Source: an uncultured Desulfatitalea sp. (lineage in GTDB: Bacteria; Desulfobacterota; Desulfobacteria; Desulfobacterales; Desulfosarcinaceae). From it: a stretch of DNA of 64,000 bases. The notes under the pieces were generated by a model. It had not been told where the DNA came from, did no database searches, and was given only the letters and a program-made list of their open reading frames with translations. This document shows positions 21,066 to 30,442 of the stretch, piece by piece; the first letter of the stretch is position 1, and each line of letters begins with the position of its first letter. The stretch is taken from the NCBI GenBank assembly GCA_963668675.2, contig CAXXMB010000002.1:1216001-1280000 (forward strand), read 5' to 3'. Both the position numbers and the translations under genes were made by a program.

Positions 21066-21509
21066 TCAGGGCTCCAAAAATTTCCACCCCATGGGAGGCT
21101 GAGCCACCCGCCGGGCGGTGGTGTCGAGAAGCTCGAAGAGGATTACCTCCATGATGTGCCACACCTTGACGCCCTCGCGGACACAGCCAGTGATGGTCTT
21201 TCCCGACCGGCCGCACGCCATGTGCATATGCAGCAGCGGTGTTCCGCTCTCATCCACGAAAAGCGTTCCCGTACCGGCCACCTCGTGGACCTCGTCCAAC
21301 AAATGCGTCACAGGTTCAATCGTCGCTGCGCGCCCCTTCTCCGGCCCGACCACCAGTCGACTGCCAGCATCGGCACCGCCTACGACGATGAGCGCCGCCG
21401 CCCGGATCTGCTGTTCGCGGGCAAAGCGCTCGATGGTCTCATGGACGACGTCGCCATCCTCCAGGCGGATGACGAAGATACGGCCCTGCTTGGCTTCTGA
21501 GAATTTCAT
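21066..21509 (-). CDS. PPC/DUF296 domain protein
   Basis: FVIRLEDGD, HEVAGTGTL, LHMHMACG. Confidence 0.85.
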   Translation of the reverse strand: MKFSEAKQGRIFVIRLEDGDVVHETIERFAREQQIRAAALIVVGGADAGSRLVVGPEKGRAATIEPVTHLLDEVHEVAGTGTLFVDESGTPLLHMHMACGRSGKTITGCVREGVKVWHIMEVILFELLDTTARRVAQPPMGWKFLEP

Positions 21510-21609
21510 TCTACAATCCCATGCCCGACTTTGCCGGGAATATAAGTGAAAGGCTCTATATGAGGAGATGCTGTCAATTGTATCTGCCAGCAATATTACC
21601 TTGAATTCG

Positions 21610-22320
21610 CTACTCTTCGGTCATGGGCGACGGTTGAGGCGCTTCCGGCTCGGAGATGACATCCATGAACGCCCGGAACAGAACGACATGCACAAAAAGG
21701 CCGATCAAAGACCAGATAGCGTTGACAATGATGCGAAACAAATCGTTGGAGGTGAAAACCTGTACCAACTGATCCGCCGCCAGTCCGGCGACAAAAATCG
21801 GAATGTAGGTCATCAGGAGCAGCATAAAAACAAGCGCCAGATGCTTCTTCGTATCCTCGAAGCTCTTTTGAATCGCCTCGCGCGGATTCACCCCGAACAG
21901 CACAAGATGAAATTCGGCAAACGCCAACCGTATGGCCAACCATATCCCAGGGAAAATCAGCATGCTGATTCCCAGTCCGATCAGAAAAACCGATATCGTT
22001 TTCAAAATAAGCAGCGGCACCCAACGCTGAATCGCCCCAATGATCAGTTCACTGCTGGTCGGTTGCTCCTGGCGGGCACGCTTGGCCATCAACTGAATCA
22101 GCGCCGCGGTATAGATGGGATAGATGAGCAGATTGACCGCCAACGGCGCAAATATGGCAAGATGCGTCCCCTTGTAAGCCTCCGCCAAGATAAAATCGGA
22201 TAGCGAAGCGACAAAGAGAAAGGGCGCGCAGACCAACGCAATCTGCTTCAGATGACGGGTAAAAAAGATATAGGCGTCAGTAATGATCGTCTGAATTTGT
22301 TTGGCAAGGGGTTTTTGCAT
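21610..22320 (-). CDS. Hypothetical membrane protein (about 6 TM segments)
   Basis: Hydrophobic ORF with LIFPGIWLAIRLAF and EAIQKSF motifs. Confidence 0.8.
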   Translation of the reverse strand: MQKPLAKQIQTIITDAYIFFTRHLKQIALVCAPFLFVASLSDFILAEAYKGTHLAIFAPLAVNLLIYPIYTAALIQLMAKRARQEQPTSSELIIGAIQRWVPLLILKTISVFLIGLGISMLIFPGIWLAIRLAFAEFHLVLFGVNPREAIQKSFEDTKKHLALVFMLLLMTYIPIFVAGLAADQLVQVFTSNDLFRIIVNAIWSLIGLFVHVVLFRAFMDVISEPEAPQPSPMTEE

Positions 22321-22461
22321 CGTCTCTTTTCCGGTGATTGGTAATGAAGGGCAAACATTTAACATGAGTCCGGCCTGCCTGCAAATCCAAATCGGTCAGA
22401 AAATCAATCCAAAGGAGAACCGCCGTCAAGCCACCGGCACACCCTCTTCTCTTTCTTTACC

Positions 22462-22485
22462 GTTAATTTGTCTTGACAACTTAAC
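22462..22485. promoter_or_regulatory. Palindromic candidate operator overlapping a TTGACA upstream of gntR-trpBA
   Basis: GTTAATTTGTCTTGACAACTTAAC matches its reverse complement at 20/24 positions. Confidence 0.6.
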
Positions 22486-22533
22486 ATCTTTTGACATACA
22501 CAACGGCAAAACACAATGGAGGACACACCCATC

Positions 22534-23265
22534 ATGCTAAACCCCAACGCCCCCATCCCCTTGTACCGACAGCTCGCAGAGCTGCTCACCGAGGGCATCC
22601 GTTCGGGGATCTATCAGCCAGGAAGCCGAATCCCCTCCGAACCTAAGCTGGCCGCCGAACACCGCCTCGGCCGCCCCACCGTCCGGCAGGCCATCGACCT
22701 TCTGGTGCGCAGGGGACTGCTGGTACGCCGCCGCGGTTCGGGTACCTACGTATGCGACCCCCAGCAAGAGGTGGACCTCTTCTCCCTGGACGGCACCGGC
22801 GCATCATTCGCCAAGACCGGCGTTCCGGTCGAGACTCGCATTTTGGCGCCCCCGACGCTCTGCTCAGTGGATGGCCAGAAAGACAATCCGTTCAGGGGAC
22901 TTCAGGCCTACACCCTGAGCCGCCTGACCCGGGCGGCCGGTACGCCGGTGCTGGTGGAGGATCTCTACCTGCACCCGAACCTTTTTGCCGGGATCGACCG
23001 AATGAACCTGGAAGGGCGCTCCCTGTCGGCCGTTGCCGAAGAGAAGTACTACCTCCGCCCATCCGGCGGAAGACAGAGCTTCAGCATCGCCTATCCGGAT
23101 CAAAAGAGGTCCGACGATCTCGAGATTACCCCCCAAACACCCCTTCTCGCGGTCAGCCGCTGGCTCCATTTCCCGCAAACCAAAAACGGCGTCTACACAA
23201 GGCTTTGGTGCCGCACAGATCAATTTGTCTTTACCCAAACCATTGGAGGAACCGCATATGCATAG
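22534..23265 (+). CDS. GntR-family (HutC/UTRA type) transcriptional regulator
   Basis: PLYRQLA, IPSEPKLA, RPTVRQAI, GSGTYV; UTRA-like C-terminus. Confidence 0.9.
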   Translation: MLNPNAPIPLYRQLAELLTEGIRSGIYQPGSRIPSEPKLAAEHRLGRPTVRQAIDLLVRRGLLVRRRGSGTYVCDPQQEVDLFSLDGTGASFAKTGVPVETRILAPPTLCSVDGQKDNPFRGLQAYTLSRLTRAAGTPVLVEDLYLHPNLFAGIDRMNLEGRSLSAVAEEKYYLRPSGGRQSFSIAYPDQKRSDDLEITPQTPLLAVSRWLHFPQTKNGVYTRLWCRTDQFVFTQTIGGTAYA

Positions 23266-24493
23266 ACGAGGCTACTACGACGAATTCGGTGGCGCCTTCC
23301 TTCCGGAGATACTGGCCGCCACCTTTGACGAGCTGGAAACGGCCTTCGAGGCAGCCAAGTCCGACCCGGACTTCTGGGACACCTATCTCAGACTGATGGC
23401 CAACTACTCCGGGCGCCCCACCCCGCTCACTTTTGCCGAACGCCTCACTGCCTATTTCGGCGGCGCCAAGATCTACATCAAACGTGAAGATCTCAACCAT
23501 ACCGGCGCCCATAAAGCCAACAACGTAATGGGCCAGGGAATGCTGGTCCGGCGCATGGGAAAAACCCGTGTGATCGCCGAGACCGGTGCCGGGCAGCACG
23601 GCGTGGCCACCGCCACCATGGCCGCCCGCTTCGGATTCGACTGCACCATCTATATGGGCGAAGTGGACGTATTGCGCCAGCGGCCCAATGTCTTCTGGAT
23701 GGAGCGCCTGGGGGCCACGGTGGTGCCGGTCCGGGACGGCACCCGCATATTGAAAGATGCCATCAATGAAGCGTTCCGGGACTGGGTCAGCAACATGGAC
23801 ACCACCCATTACGTCCTCGGAACAGCTTGCGGACCGCACCCGTTTCCCGAGATGGTCACCTACTTCCAATCGATCATCGGTAAAGAAGCGAGACGCCAGG
23901 TCATGGAAGCGGAGAAGAGACTCCCCCAAAGGGTCTATGCATGCGTGGGCGGCGGATCCAATGCCATGGGGCTCTTTTCAGGCTTTCTCGACGACCCGGT
24001 AGAGCTGGTGGGCGTTGAGGCCGGCGGAGAGGGGTTGGAGAGCGGACATCACGCCTCGCGCCTCAAAGCCACCGATGCCAGTGTTGGCGTGGCCCAGGGA
24101 TACAAAACCTATTTCCTGCAAAACGAAGATGGCCAGATGCGCGAAACCCACAGCATCGCCGCCGGACTCGACTATGTCGGCGTATCGCCGATTCTCTCCA
24201 ATTTCAAGAAAACAGGCCGAGCCCGATTCGAAGCGGCCACCGACGAAGAGGTTGTGGCGGCCCTGACACTGAGCATGCAAAAGGAGGGGCTCATACCGGC
24301 CCTGGAGTCGGCCCACGCGTTTGCCCACGCCTTCAAGGAAGCGCCCGAAATGTCACCCGACGAAATCATCATCATCAACCAGTCAGGCCGAGGCGACAAG
24401 GACATCTTTACCATTGCCGATGCCTTCGACGATCCGAAATGGCAAGACTTTATCCGGCAGAAAGCGGAGGAATATGGAAAAGTTGGAAAGTGA
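23258..24493 (+). CDS. trpB: Tryptophan synthase beta chain
   Basis: KREDLNHTGAHK, AETGAGQHGVA, CVGGGSNAMG, SIAAGLDY, SGRGDKD. Confidence 0.97.
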   Translation: MHRRGYYDEFGGAFLPEILAATFDELETAFEAAKSDPDFWDTYLRLMANYSGRPTPLTFAERLTAYFGGAKIYIKREDLNHTGAHKANNVMGQGMLVRRMGKTRVIAETGAGQHGVATATMAARFGFDCTIYMGEVDVLRQRPNVFWMERLGATVVPVRDGTRILKDAINEAFRDWVSNMDTTHYVLGTACGPHPFPEMVTYFQSIIGKEARRQVMEAEKRLPQRVYACVGGGSNAMGLFSGFLDDPVELVGVEAGGEGLESGHHASRLKATDASVGVAQGYKTYFLQNEDGQMRETHSIAAGLDYVGVSPILSNFKKTGRARFEAATDEEVVAALTLSMQKEGLIPALESAHAFAHAFKEAPEMSPDEIIIINQSGRGDKDIFTIADAFDDPKWQDFIRQKAEEYGKVGK

Positions 24494-24647
24494 AGGAAGA
24501 TGGCCAATTTGATCCCGGTTTTTTAGGGTACAACCAAGCCTCATGGATGAATATGCCCACATCCTTGATACAATCGGACAGAATACATCAGCTTTCATAC
24601 TTTCTTACTTTTTACTTTCATACTTTTTTACCTGAAGGAATTTGATC

Positions 24648-25406
24648 ATGCTTGAATCCTATATCCGTAAACGTTTAGAAAAATCGCTTTTGCTAATGAC
24701 CCATATCGTCATCGGCCACCCCTCTCTGGAGGCGTCGTTTGAGATCGTCCGTACCATGGTGGCGGCCGGGGTTGATCTGATGGAGCTTCAGATCCCCTTT
24801 TCAGAGCCCATTGCTGACGGCCCGGTGATTCTCAAAGCCAATCAGCAATCACTGGCAAAGGGCATCACGGTCAAGGAGTGTATGGACTTTGCCAAGCGGG
24901 CCGCCGGGGAGTTCCAAATTCCGTTCCTGTTGATGACCTATTACAATATTCTGTTCAAATACAATGTCGCCCAATTTGCCGATGACATGAAGGCTCATGG
25001 GGTACGCGGGGCCATCGTGCCGGACCTGCCGCACGAAGAGGGGCAGGCGTACCTTGCCGCCATGGAACGCAACGAATTGGCGCCCATCTTCATCTTTGCC
25101 CCCACCACCAATGACGCACGCATGCACGAGATTGCCCGGCACGCCGACGGCTTCGTCTATTGTGTGGCGCGCAAAGGGGTTACAGGTCAGCAAACCGAGT
25201 TTTCAGACCATCTACAGCGCTACCTGAACCGCTGCCGCCAGGCAACCAACCTGCCCCTGGCCCTGGGATTCGGCGTCAAGGACCGGAGGGATATCGATTT
25301 TCTCACCGGCAAAGCCGACATAGCGGTCATCGGTACCCAGACGATAAACGTCTTCGAAGAGAAGGGGGTAGAAGCGGTGGGTGATTTTATTGCCGGATTA
25401 AGATAA
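24648..25406 (+). CDS. trpA: Tryptophan synthase alpha chain
   Basis: ELQIPFSEPIADGPVI, LMTYYN, IVPDLP, GVTG, GFGV. Confidence 0.95.
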   Translation: MLESYIRKRLEKSLLLMTHIVIGHPSLEASFEIVRTMVAAGVDLMELQIPFSEPIADGPVILKANQQSLAKGITVKECMDFAKRAAGEFQIPFLLMTYYNILFKYNVAQFADDMKAHGVRGAIVPDLPHEEGQAYLAAMERNELAPIFIFAPTTNDARMHEIARHADGFVYCVARKGVTGQQTEFSDHLQRYLNRCRQATNLPLALGFGVKDRRDIDFLTGKADIAVIGTQTINVFEEKGVEAVGDFIAGLR

Positions 25407-25419
25407 GAAGAAAAGACAT

Positions 25420-26475
25420 ATGAAAGACAAAATAGTACGTCTAAAAGAGTGTAGCCGACACCTCCCTTTCGTTACCGCTCATCTTCCGGGGGTGGGTGGG
25501 GAGATCAAGGCTGAACCTGAGCATTTTAACGTGGAAGAGATCCTGCCCTATGCGCCCTGTGGAGAGGGCGAGCATCTCTTCGTAACCCTTCGAAGAGCGG
25601 GATGGAACACGGCCGATGTGGCCGCGGCGCTGGCTGATCGCTTCGACCTGAAAAGCGTCGATGTGGGTTGGGGCGGCCGTAAAGACAAGCAGGCCGTCAC
25701 CACCCAAACGTTCTCCCTTCATCTGCCCGTTGCGGTGACGAACGCGCAGGCCGAAGCCGCCCTGGCGGAGTTGCCGTTCGAGCTCCTCGCCGTGCAACGC
25801 CATCGTAACAAGCTCAAGACCGGCCACGTGGCCGGCAACCGTTTCCGCATCCTGTTGACACAGGTGGGACCGGATGCCCTGACCGTCGCTGAACCGGTTG
25901 CCGATGAAATTCGACGGCACGGTATCCCCAACTACTATGGCGAGCAACGCTTCGGATTCCATATGGCCAATATCGATCGTGCCATGCACTTAGCCGAACG
26001 TGGACGGCCCGCACGGAGTAAGAAGGATGCCTTCGTGGTGTCGGTCCTGCAGAGCGCCCTTTTCAATTTATGGCTGACCGAGCGGATGGCACGCGATCAA
26101 TACCAAACGATCCTGTCGGGCGATGTGGCCCAGAAAACCGACACCGGAGGACTGTTTGTGGTGGAAGATGTCGAGGAGGCGTCTGAGCGCTTTTTAAAAG
26201 GCGCGATTACTTATACGGGGCCTATTTTCGGCCCCAAGATGAAGGCTGCCGCCGATGTAGCGGCGCAGTATGAATCCCGGATCCTGGACAACGTTGACTT
26301 GAGCCTTGACGCCTTCAAGCGGCTCAGGGCACCGGGCGCGAGGCGCATGGCCGTACTGACGGTGGACGATCTGGCCATCCGGCAGGAGGAGGCCGGCCTG
26401 CACTTCACCTTCACCCTTCCCCGCGGCGCCTATGCCACCATGGTGATGCGCGAATTCATGCGCGCCGACGGGTAA
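25420..26475 (+). CDS. truD: tRNA pseudouridine(13) synthase
   Basis: GRKDKQAVTTQ, GNRFRI, PNYYGEQRFG, FTLPRGAYAT. Confidence 0.95.
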   Translation: MKDKIVRLKECSRHLPFVTAHLPGVGGEIKAEPEHFNVEEILPYAPCGEGEHLFVTLRRAGWNTADVAAALADRFDLKSVDVGWGGRKDKQAVTTQTFSLHLPVAVTNAQAEAALAELPFELLAVQRHRNKLKTGHVAGNRFRILLTQVGPDALTVAEPVADEIRRHGIPNYYGEQRFGFHMANIDRAMHLAERGRPARSKKDAFVVSVLQSALFNLWLTERMARDQYQTILSGDVAQKTDTGGLFVVEDVEEASERFLKGAITYTGPIFGPKMKAAADVAAQYESRILDNVDLSLDAFKRLRAPGARRMAVLTVDDLAIRQEEAGLHFTFTLPRGAYATMVMREFMRADG

Positions 26476-26639
26476 GGCTTTGACTTTCTTTCACAAGGAA
26501 AATGGGCTAAACATTCAGACTGGTGTTTGGGCTGAAACTGCCGATATTAAGGATCTGAACCAAACCCTGGTGCGTGAATAAATCAGAGGGAAACCGTGAA
26601 TACCGATATCAGAGCACAACTGGACCGGAGGTGGCATAT

Positions 26640-27821
26640 ATGGGATCGTTAAGCCGCTGGGTCATCTTCCTGGCCGCTTTCTTCTGCATATATGGCGCGT
26701 TCCATCTCTATGTATTGATCAAGGTGAGACGCGCGCTCTACCTTGAGAGCTGGGGCTATATTCTGTGGGTGGTCATCCTGCTGTTCCTGATGACGGCGCT
26801 GATCAATGCGAGAATACTCACCGAGAGCTATCCGATCTTCTCCCTTGCCTTGACCTGGATCGGCTACCTCTGGATGGCCTACCTGTTTCTGTTTGTCTGC
26901 CTGGCAATCCCCATAGACAGCTACCATTTGATGGTCAGCTTGCTGCAGCAGCTGTTCAACGTCGATTGGACCAATGTCGTCATGCTTCGGCGCAACAGTC
27001 TGGCCCTGGTGGCCATCGGTGCGGGTGGCGTCATGATTTACGGTGCTTACGCCGCCTACCAGGTCGGCGTCGAACACATATCCCTTCGCAGCCCCAAAAT
27101 CTCGGCAACAGACGGTCGGGTGCGCATCGTGCAAATATCGGATCTTCACCTGGGGCCGATGCTCTACCCCGGACGCCTCAATCCAATCCTGGCCACCATT
27201 CGCACGGCCCAGCCCGACATCCTGGTTTCCACGGGCGACCTGGTCGATGGAAAAATCATGAATGAGACGGAGGTTGCCCGCGAGCTGAACGCCCTGCCCG
27301 CAAAGATCGGCAAATTTTCGGTAAGCGGCAACCATGAAAAGTACCACGGTATCGAAAACGCCATGGCATTTACGAGCGACGCCGGTTTCAAACCTTTGCA
27401 CGACGAAAGCGTACCGTTGGGCCATTCAATCATCGTCGTCGGCCTGGACGACGCTTCCGAACGACAGAAGGAGCGTGAGTTGCTTGCCGGCCTGCCGCCC
27501 GAAAAATTCATCCTGCTGCTCAAGCATCGTCCCGATGTCACGGACGGCAGCCCAAATCACTTCGACCTGCAGCTCTCAGGACATACCCACAAGGGACAGA
27601 TTTTCCCTTTCGGATTGATCGTCAAACTTTTTTACCCCATGTACAACGGCCTTTACAGATTGACCAATGGCGGCCATTTATACGTCAGCAGGGGCACCGG
27701 CACATGGGGGCCACCGATTCGGGTCTTCGCGCCACCGGAGGTCACCATCATCGACCTGCTGCCCCAAAAAGCACCCTCCCCCACCGGGCCCATCGTAACA
27801 CCGCAAACGGGTTCAAAATAG
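26640..27821 (+). CDS. Membrane-anchored metallophosphoesterase (YkuE-like)
   Basis: SDLHLG, TGDLVD, GNHE, SGHTHKGQ, SRGTGTWGPP; N-terminal TMs. Confidence 0.9.
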   Translation: MGSLSRWVIFLAAFFCIYGAFHLYVLIKVRRALYLESWGYILWVVILLFLMTALINARILTESYPIFSLALTWIGYLWMAYLFLFVCLAIPIDSYHLMVSLLQQLFNVDWTNVVMLRRNSLALVAIGAGGVMIYGAYAAYQVGVEHISLRSPKISATDGRVRIVQISDLHLGPMLYPGRLNPILATIRTAQPDILVSTGDLVDGKIMNETEVARELNALPAKIGKFSVSGNHEKYHGIENAMAFTSDAGFKPLHDESVPLGHSIIVVGLDDASERQKERELLAGLPPEKFILLLKHRPDVTDGSPNHFDLQLSGHTHKGQIFPFGLIVKLFYPMYNGLYRLTNGGHLYVSRGTGTWGPPIRVFAPPEVTIIDLLPQKAPSPTGPIVTPQTGSK

Positions 27822-27845
27822 AGTGAAACCTGTTGCGCTGGGCAA

Positions 27846-27874
27846 TTGACAATGGGGTCCCATGGGCATAAAGT
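27846..27874 (+). promoter_or_regulatory. Sigma-70-like promoter upstream of the NifU-like gene
   Basis: TTGACA-17 nt-TAAAGT. Confidence 0.55.
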
Positions 27875-27962
27875 GCCAGCCGGAATTGAACGCGGCGATG
27901 GTGGTCGCGCCTTATTAAACAGATGGCATCCCGTCACATGCCAATGGAAACAATTCAGACAA

Positions 27963-28382
27963 ATGAGTAAACCCGATACCGATTTCTGGCAGAGCCACTC
28001 CCTGAAGTACCTGGAGTGCGCCTTCCGTTCCGACCGTCATGAGGCGGTACGCCGGGCAGATGGTCATGGTATAAAGTGCGGCGATTGCGGTGACACGGTG
28101 GAATTTTTCATCATCTTGAGCCAAGAGCGCCTTCGATCGATCTCTTATGTCGTCAACGGATGCATGAACACCAACGCATGCGCCAATGCGGTCATCGACC
28201 TGGCTGAAAACCGGAGCATGGACGAGGCGTGGGAGATCACCCCAGAGATGGTGGCCGAATACCTGGAGAGCCTGCCCGAAGACCATTTTCACTGTGCGGA
28301 GCTGGCCATTGGTGCGTTTTACCTTGCTCTGGCAGACGCAAAGCGAACCCTTCAAACCGGATGGAAAAAAGCCTACCGTTAA
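27963..28382 (+). CDS. NifU/IscU N-terminal-type Fe-S scaffold-like protein
   Basis: CGDTV, NGC, LPEDHFHCAELA. Confidence 0.85.
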   Translation: MSKPDTDFWQSHSLKYLECAFRSDRHEAVRRADGHGIKCGDCGDTVEFFIILSQERLRSISYVVNGCMNTNACANAVIDLAENRSMDEAWEITPEMVAEYLESLPEDHFHCAELAIGAFYLALADAKRTLQTGWKKAYR

Positions 28383-28691
28383 ACGGCGCTCCTTTACAGA
28401 CGGCCATTCACACCCATTCCGGAGCGGTAAGCCGGTGGCCGGCCGACGATGGCCCGTTTTTGCACACCTCCCGATTATGAACTTAAACACTTAAAATTAC
28501 AACGATTCTATTAAAAATAGCCCGTCAGTTGACACCCCGTTTATCCTTGACATGGGGTACCATCTTGACTATAGGTCGGTCTTTGATTTGGTAGGCTGGC
28601 TTTGTGGTGAGGAAGCACCATCAGGGCCTTTTGCATGAGGCTTCGAAGCAGAAACAGAACAGACGCTTCCGCAATTGTGGAATAGCACCCC

Positions 28692-29198
28692 ATGGGACTG
28701 ATTGAGAAAGTTGCACAACAAAAAGATGCATTGGCCGAATTGTGGTTTGAGCGGGTGATCGATACCTATCCCGATGAGACCACCCGTTTTCTTCGCAGTC
28801 AGAAAGATCCTTTCGCCAATCCGGTTGGCCAGACCACTCACAGAAATCTGGTCATCTTGATCGATCTCTTGAGTTCGGGACTGGATACCACTGCCGCACG
28901 GAATGCCCTCGACCCGATTATCCGCATCCGCGCCATTCAGAACTTTACCGCCTCCCAAGCCGTAGGGTTTGTGTTTGATCTGAAACAGATCATTCGCAAA
29001 AAGCTCTCTGCCAAGCCGGACAACGCCAAAGAGATGAACCGCATCGAAAACCTTATCGACAAACTTGCACTCATAGCGTTTGACACCTACATGCAGTGCC
29101 GCGAAAAAATATACGATCTGAAAGCAAACGAAACAAAAGAACGCACGTTCAAAGCGTTTGCCAAAGCAGGTTTGATAAAGGAGTCGGAGGATGACTGA
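28692..29198 (+). CDS. dsrT: DsrT (RsbRD N-terminal domain protein)
   Basis: DPFANPVG, IRIRAIQNFTASQAV, FDTYMQCREKIY; directly upstream of dsrM. Confidence 0.85.
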   Translation: MGLIEKVAQQKDALAELWFERVIDTYPDETTRFLRSQKDPFANPVGQTTHRNLVILIDLLSSGLDTTAARNALDPIIRIRAIQNFTASQAVGFVFDLKQIIRKKLSAKPDNAKEMNRIENLIDKLALIAFDTYMQCREKIYDLKANETKERTFKAFAKAGLIKESEDD

Positions 29199-29371
29199 AG
29201 CCGGCTCCGCCAGGCAGTTGGATGATTGCGTGTGCGCCACTCCAGCGGGGGGACTTTACCGGAATCCTCGTCGGTCGCATGCGCCGCTAGCCAGCCGCCT
29301 GATCAGATTTAACCCTTTTCATATGGAGGGCCGCAACCGGCGGGTTGGGGCCAAAAGTGAGGTGCGGGTAG

Positions 29372-30436
29372 ATGAATAAATTTTACATGTCATCACTGCT
29401 GGCGGTATTTGTGCTGGCCCTGATCGCCTGGGTGGGTTCCATGGGGCTACCCTCGGTGTTCGGGATTGTCTTGCCTTACGTTGCCTTCATTGTCTTTGTT
29501 GTAGGCTTCGCATGGCGCATGATGGGATGGGCACGGTCGGCCGTGCCGTTTGCCATTCCCACCACCTGCGGCCAGCAAAAATCGATGGACTGGGTCAAGC
29601 CGGCCGCCATCGACAACCCTTCGACCAAGTTCGGCGTCTTCATTCGGATGGCACTGGAAATCCTGACCTTTCGGTCCCTGTTCCGCAACACCCGCATGAA
29701 GCTGACCCACGAGGGGCGATTCAGTTACAGTCTGGAGGTCTTCCTCTGGGTAGGCGCCCTGGCTTTCCACTACGCCTTTCTGGTCACCCTGCTGCGCCAC
29801 ATGCGCTTCTTCTTCGAGCCGGTCCCCTGGTGCATTCAACTGCTCGAAAAAGTGGACAGTTTCTTTCGCTTCGAGATCTCCTACGATCCGATCCAGTTCG
29901 GGCTGCCGGTCGTTTTCGTCTCCGGTCTGGTTCTGCTGGCCGCCGTCACTTATCTGTTCCTGCGGCGCCTCTTCATAGGCAAGGTCAAGTACATCTCACT
30001 GGTGTCGGACTACTTTCCCCTCTTTCTGATCATGGGCATCGCCTTTACCGGTATCCTGATGCGCTACTTCACCAAAGTGGACATCACGGGCATCAAGGAA
30101 CTCACCATGGGGCTGGTCACCTTTCAGCCCTCCATTCCCGCAGGCATCAGCCCATTGTTCTACGTTCACCTGTTCTTTGTCAGTGTGCTGCTGGCCTATT
30201 TCCCCTTCAGCAAGCTGATGCATATGGGAGGCGTCTTCCTGAGCCCCACGCGCAACATGACGACCAACACCCGCGAAGTGCGCCACGTCAATCCGTGGAA
30301 CTACCCGGTGAAGGTCCATACATACGAGGCCTACGAAGACGAGTTCCGCGAAAAGATGGTCGAAGCCGGACTGCCGGTGGACAAAATGCCGGAGCCCAAG
30401 CCTGAAGAACCGACCGCGGAAGAGGAAAAGGAGTAA
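29372..30436 (+). CDS. dsrM: DsrM, membrane cytochrome b subunit
   Basis: PTTCGQQKS, FRSLFRN, FHY, RHMRFF, YFPFSKLMH. Confidence 0.95.
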   Translation: MNKFYMSSLLAVFVLALIAWVGSMGLPSVFGIVLPYVAFIVFVVGFAWRMMGWARSAVPFAIPTTCGQQKSMDWVKPAAIDNPSTKFGVFIRMALEILTFRSLFRNTRMKLTHEGRFSYSLEVFLWVGALAFHYAFLVTLLRHMRFFFEPVPWCIQLLEKVDSFFRFEISYDPIQFGLPVVFVSGLVLLAAVTYLFLRRLFIGKVKYISLVSDYFPLFLIMGIAFTGILMRYFTKVDITGIKELTMGLVTFQPSIPAGISPLFYVHLFFVSVLLAYFPFSKLMHMGGVFLSPTRNMTTNTREVRHVNPWNYPVKVHTYEAYEDEFREKMVEAGLPVDKMPEPKPEEPTAEEEKE

Positions 30437-30442
30437 ACGACC

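Noticed and set aside
24590..24630. TTTCATAC-like short tandem repeats between trpB and trpA
   Set aside because: Degenerate low-complexity pyrimidine tract; no leader peptide or structure supportable.
28480..28691. Rex operator upstream of dsrT
   Set aside because: No TTGTGAA-N4-TTCACAA-like site with correct spacing.
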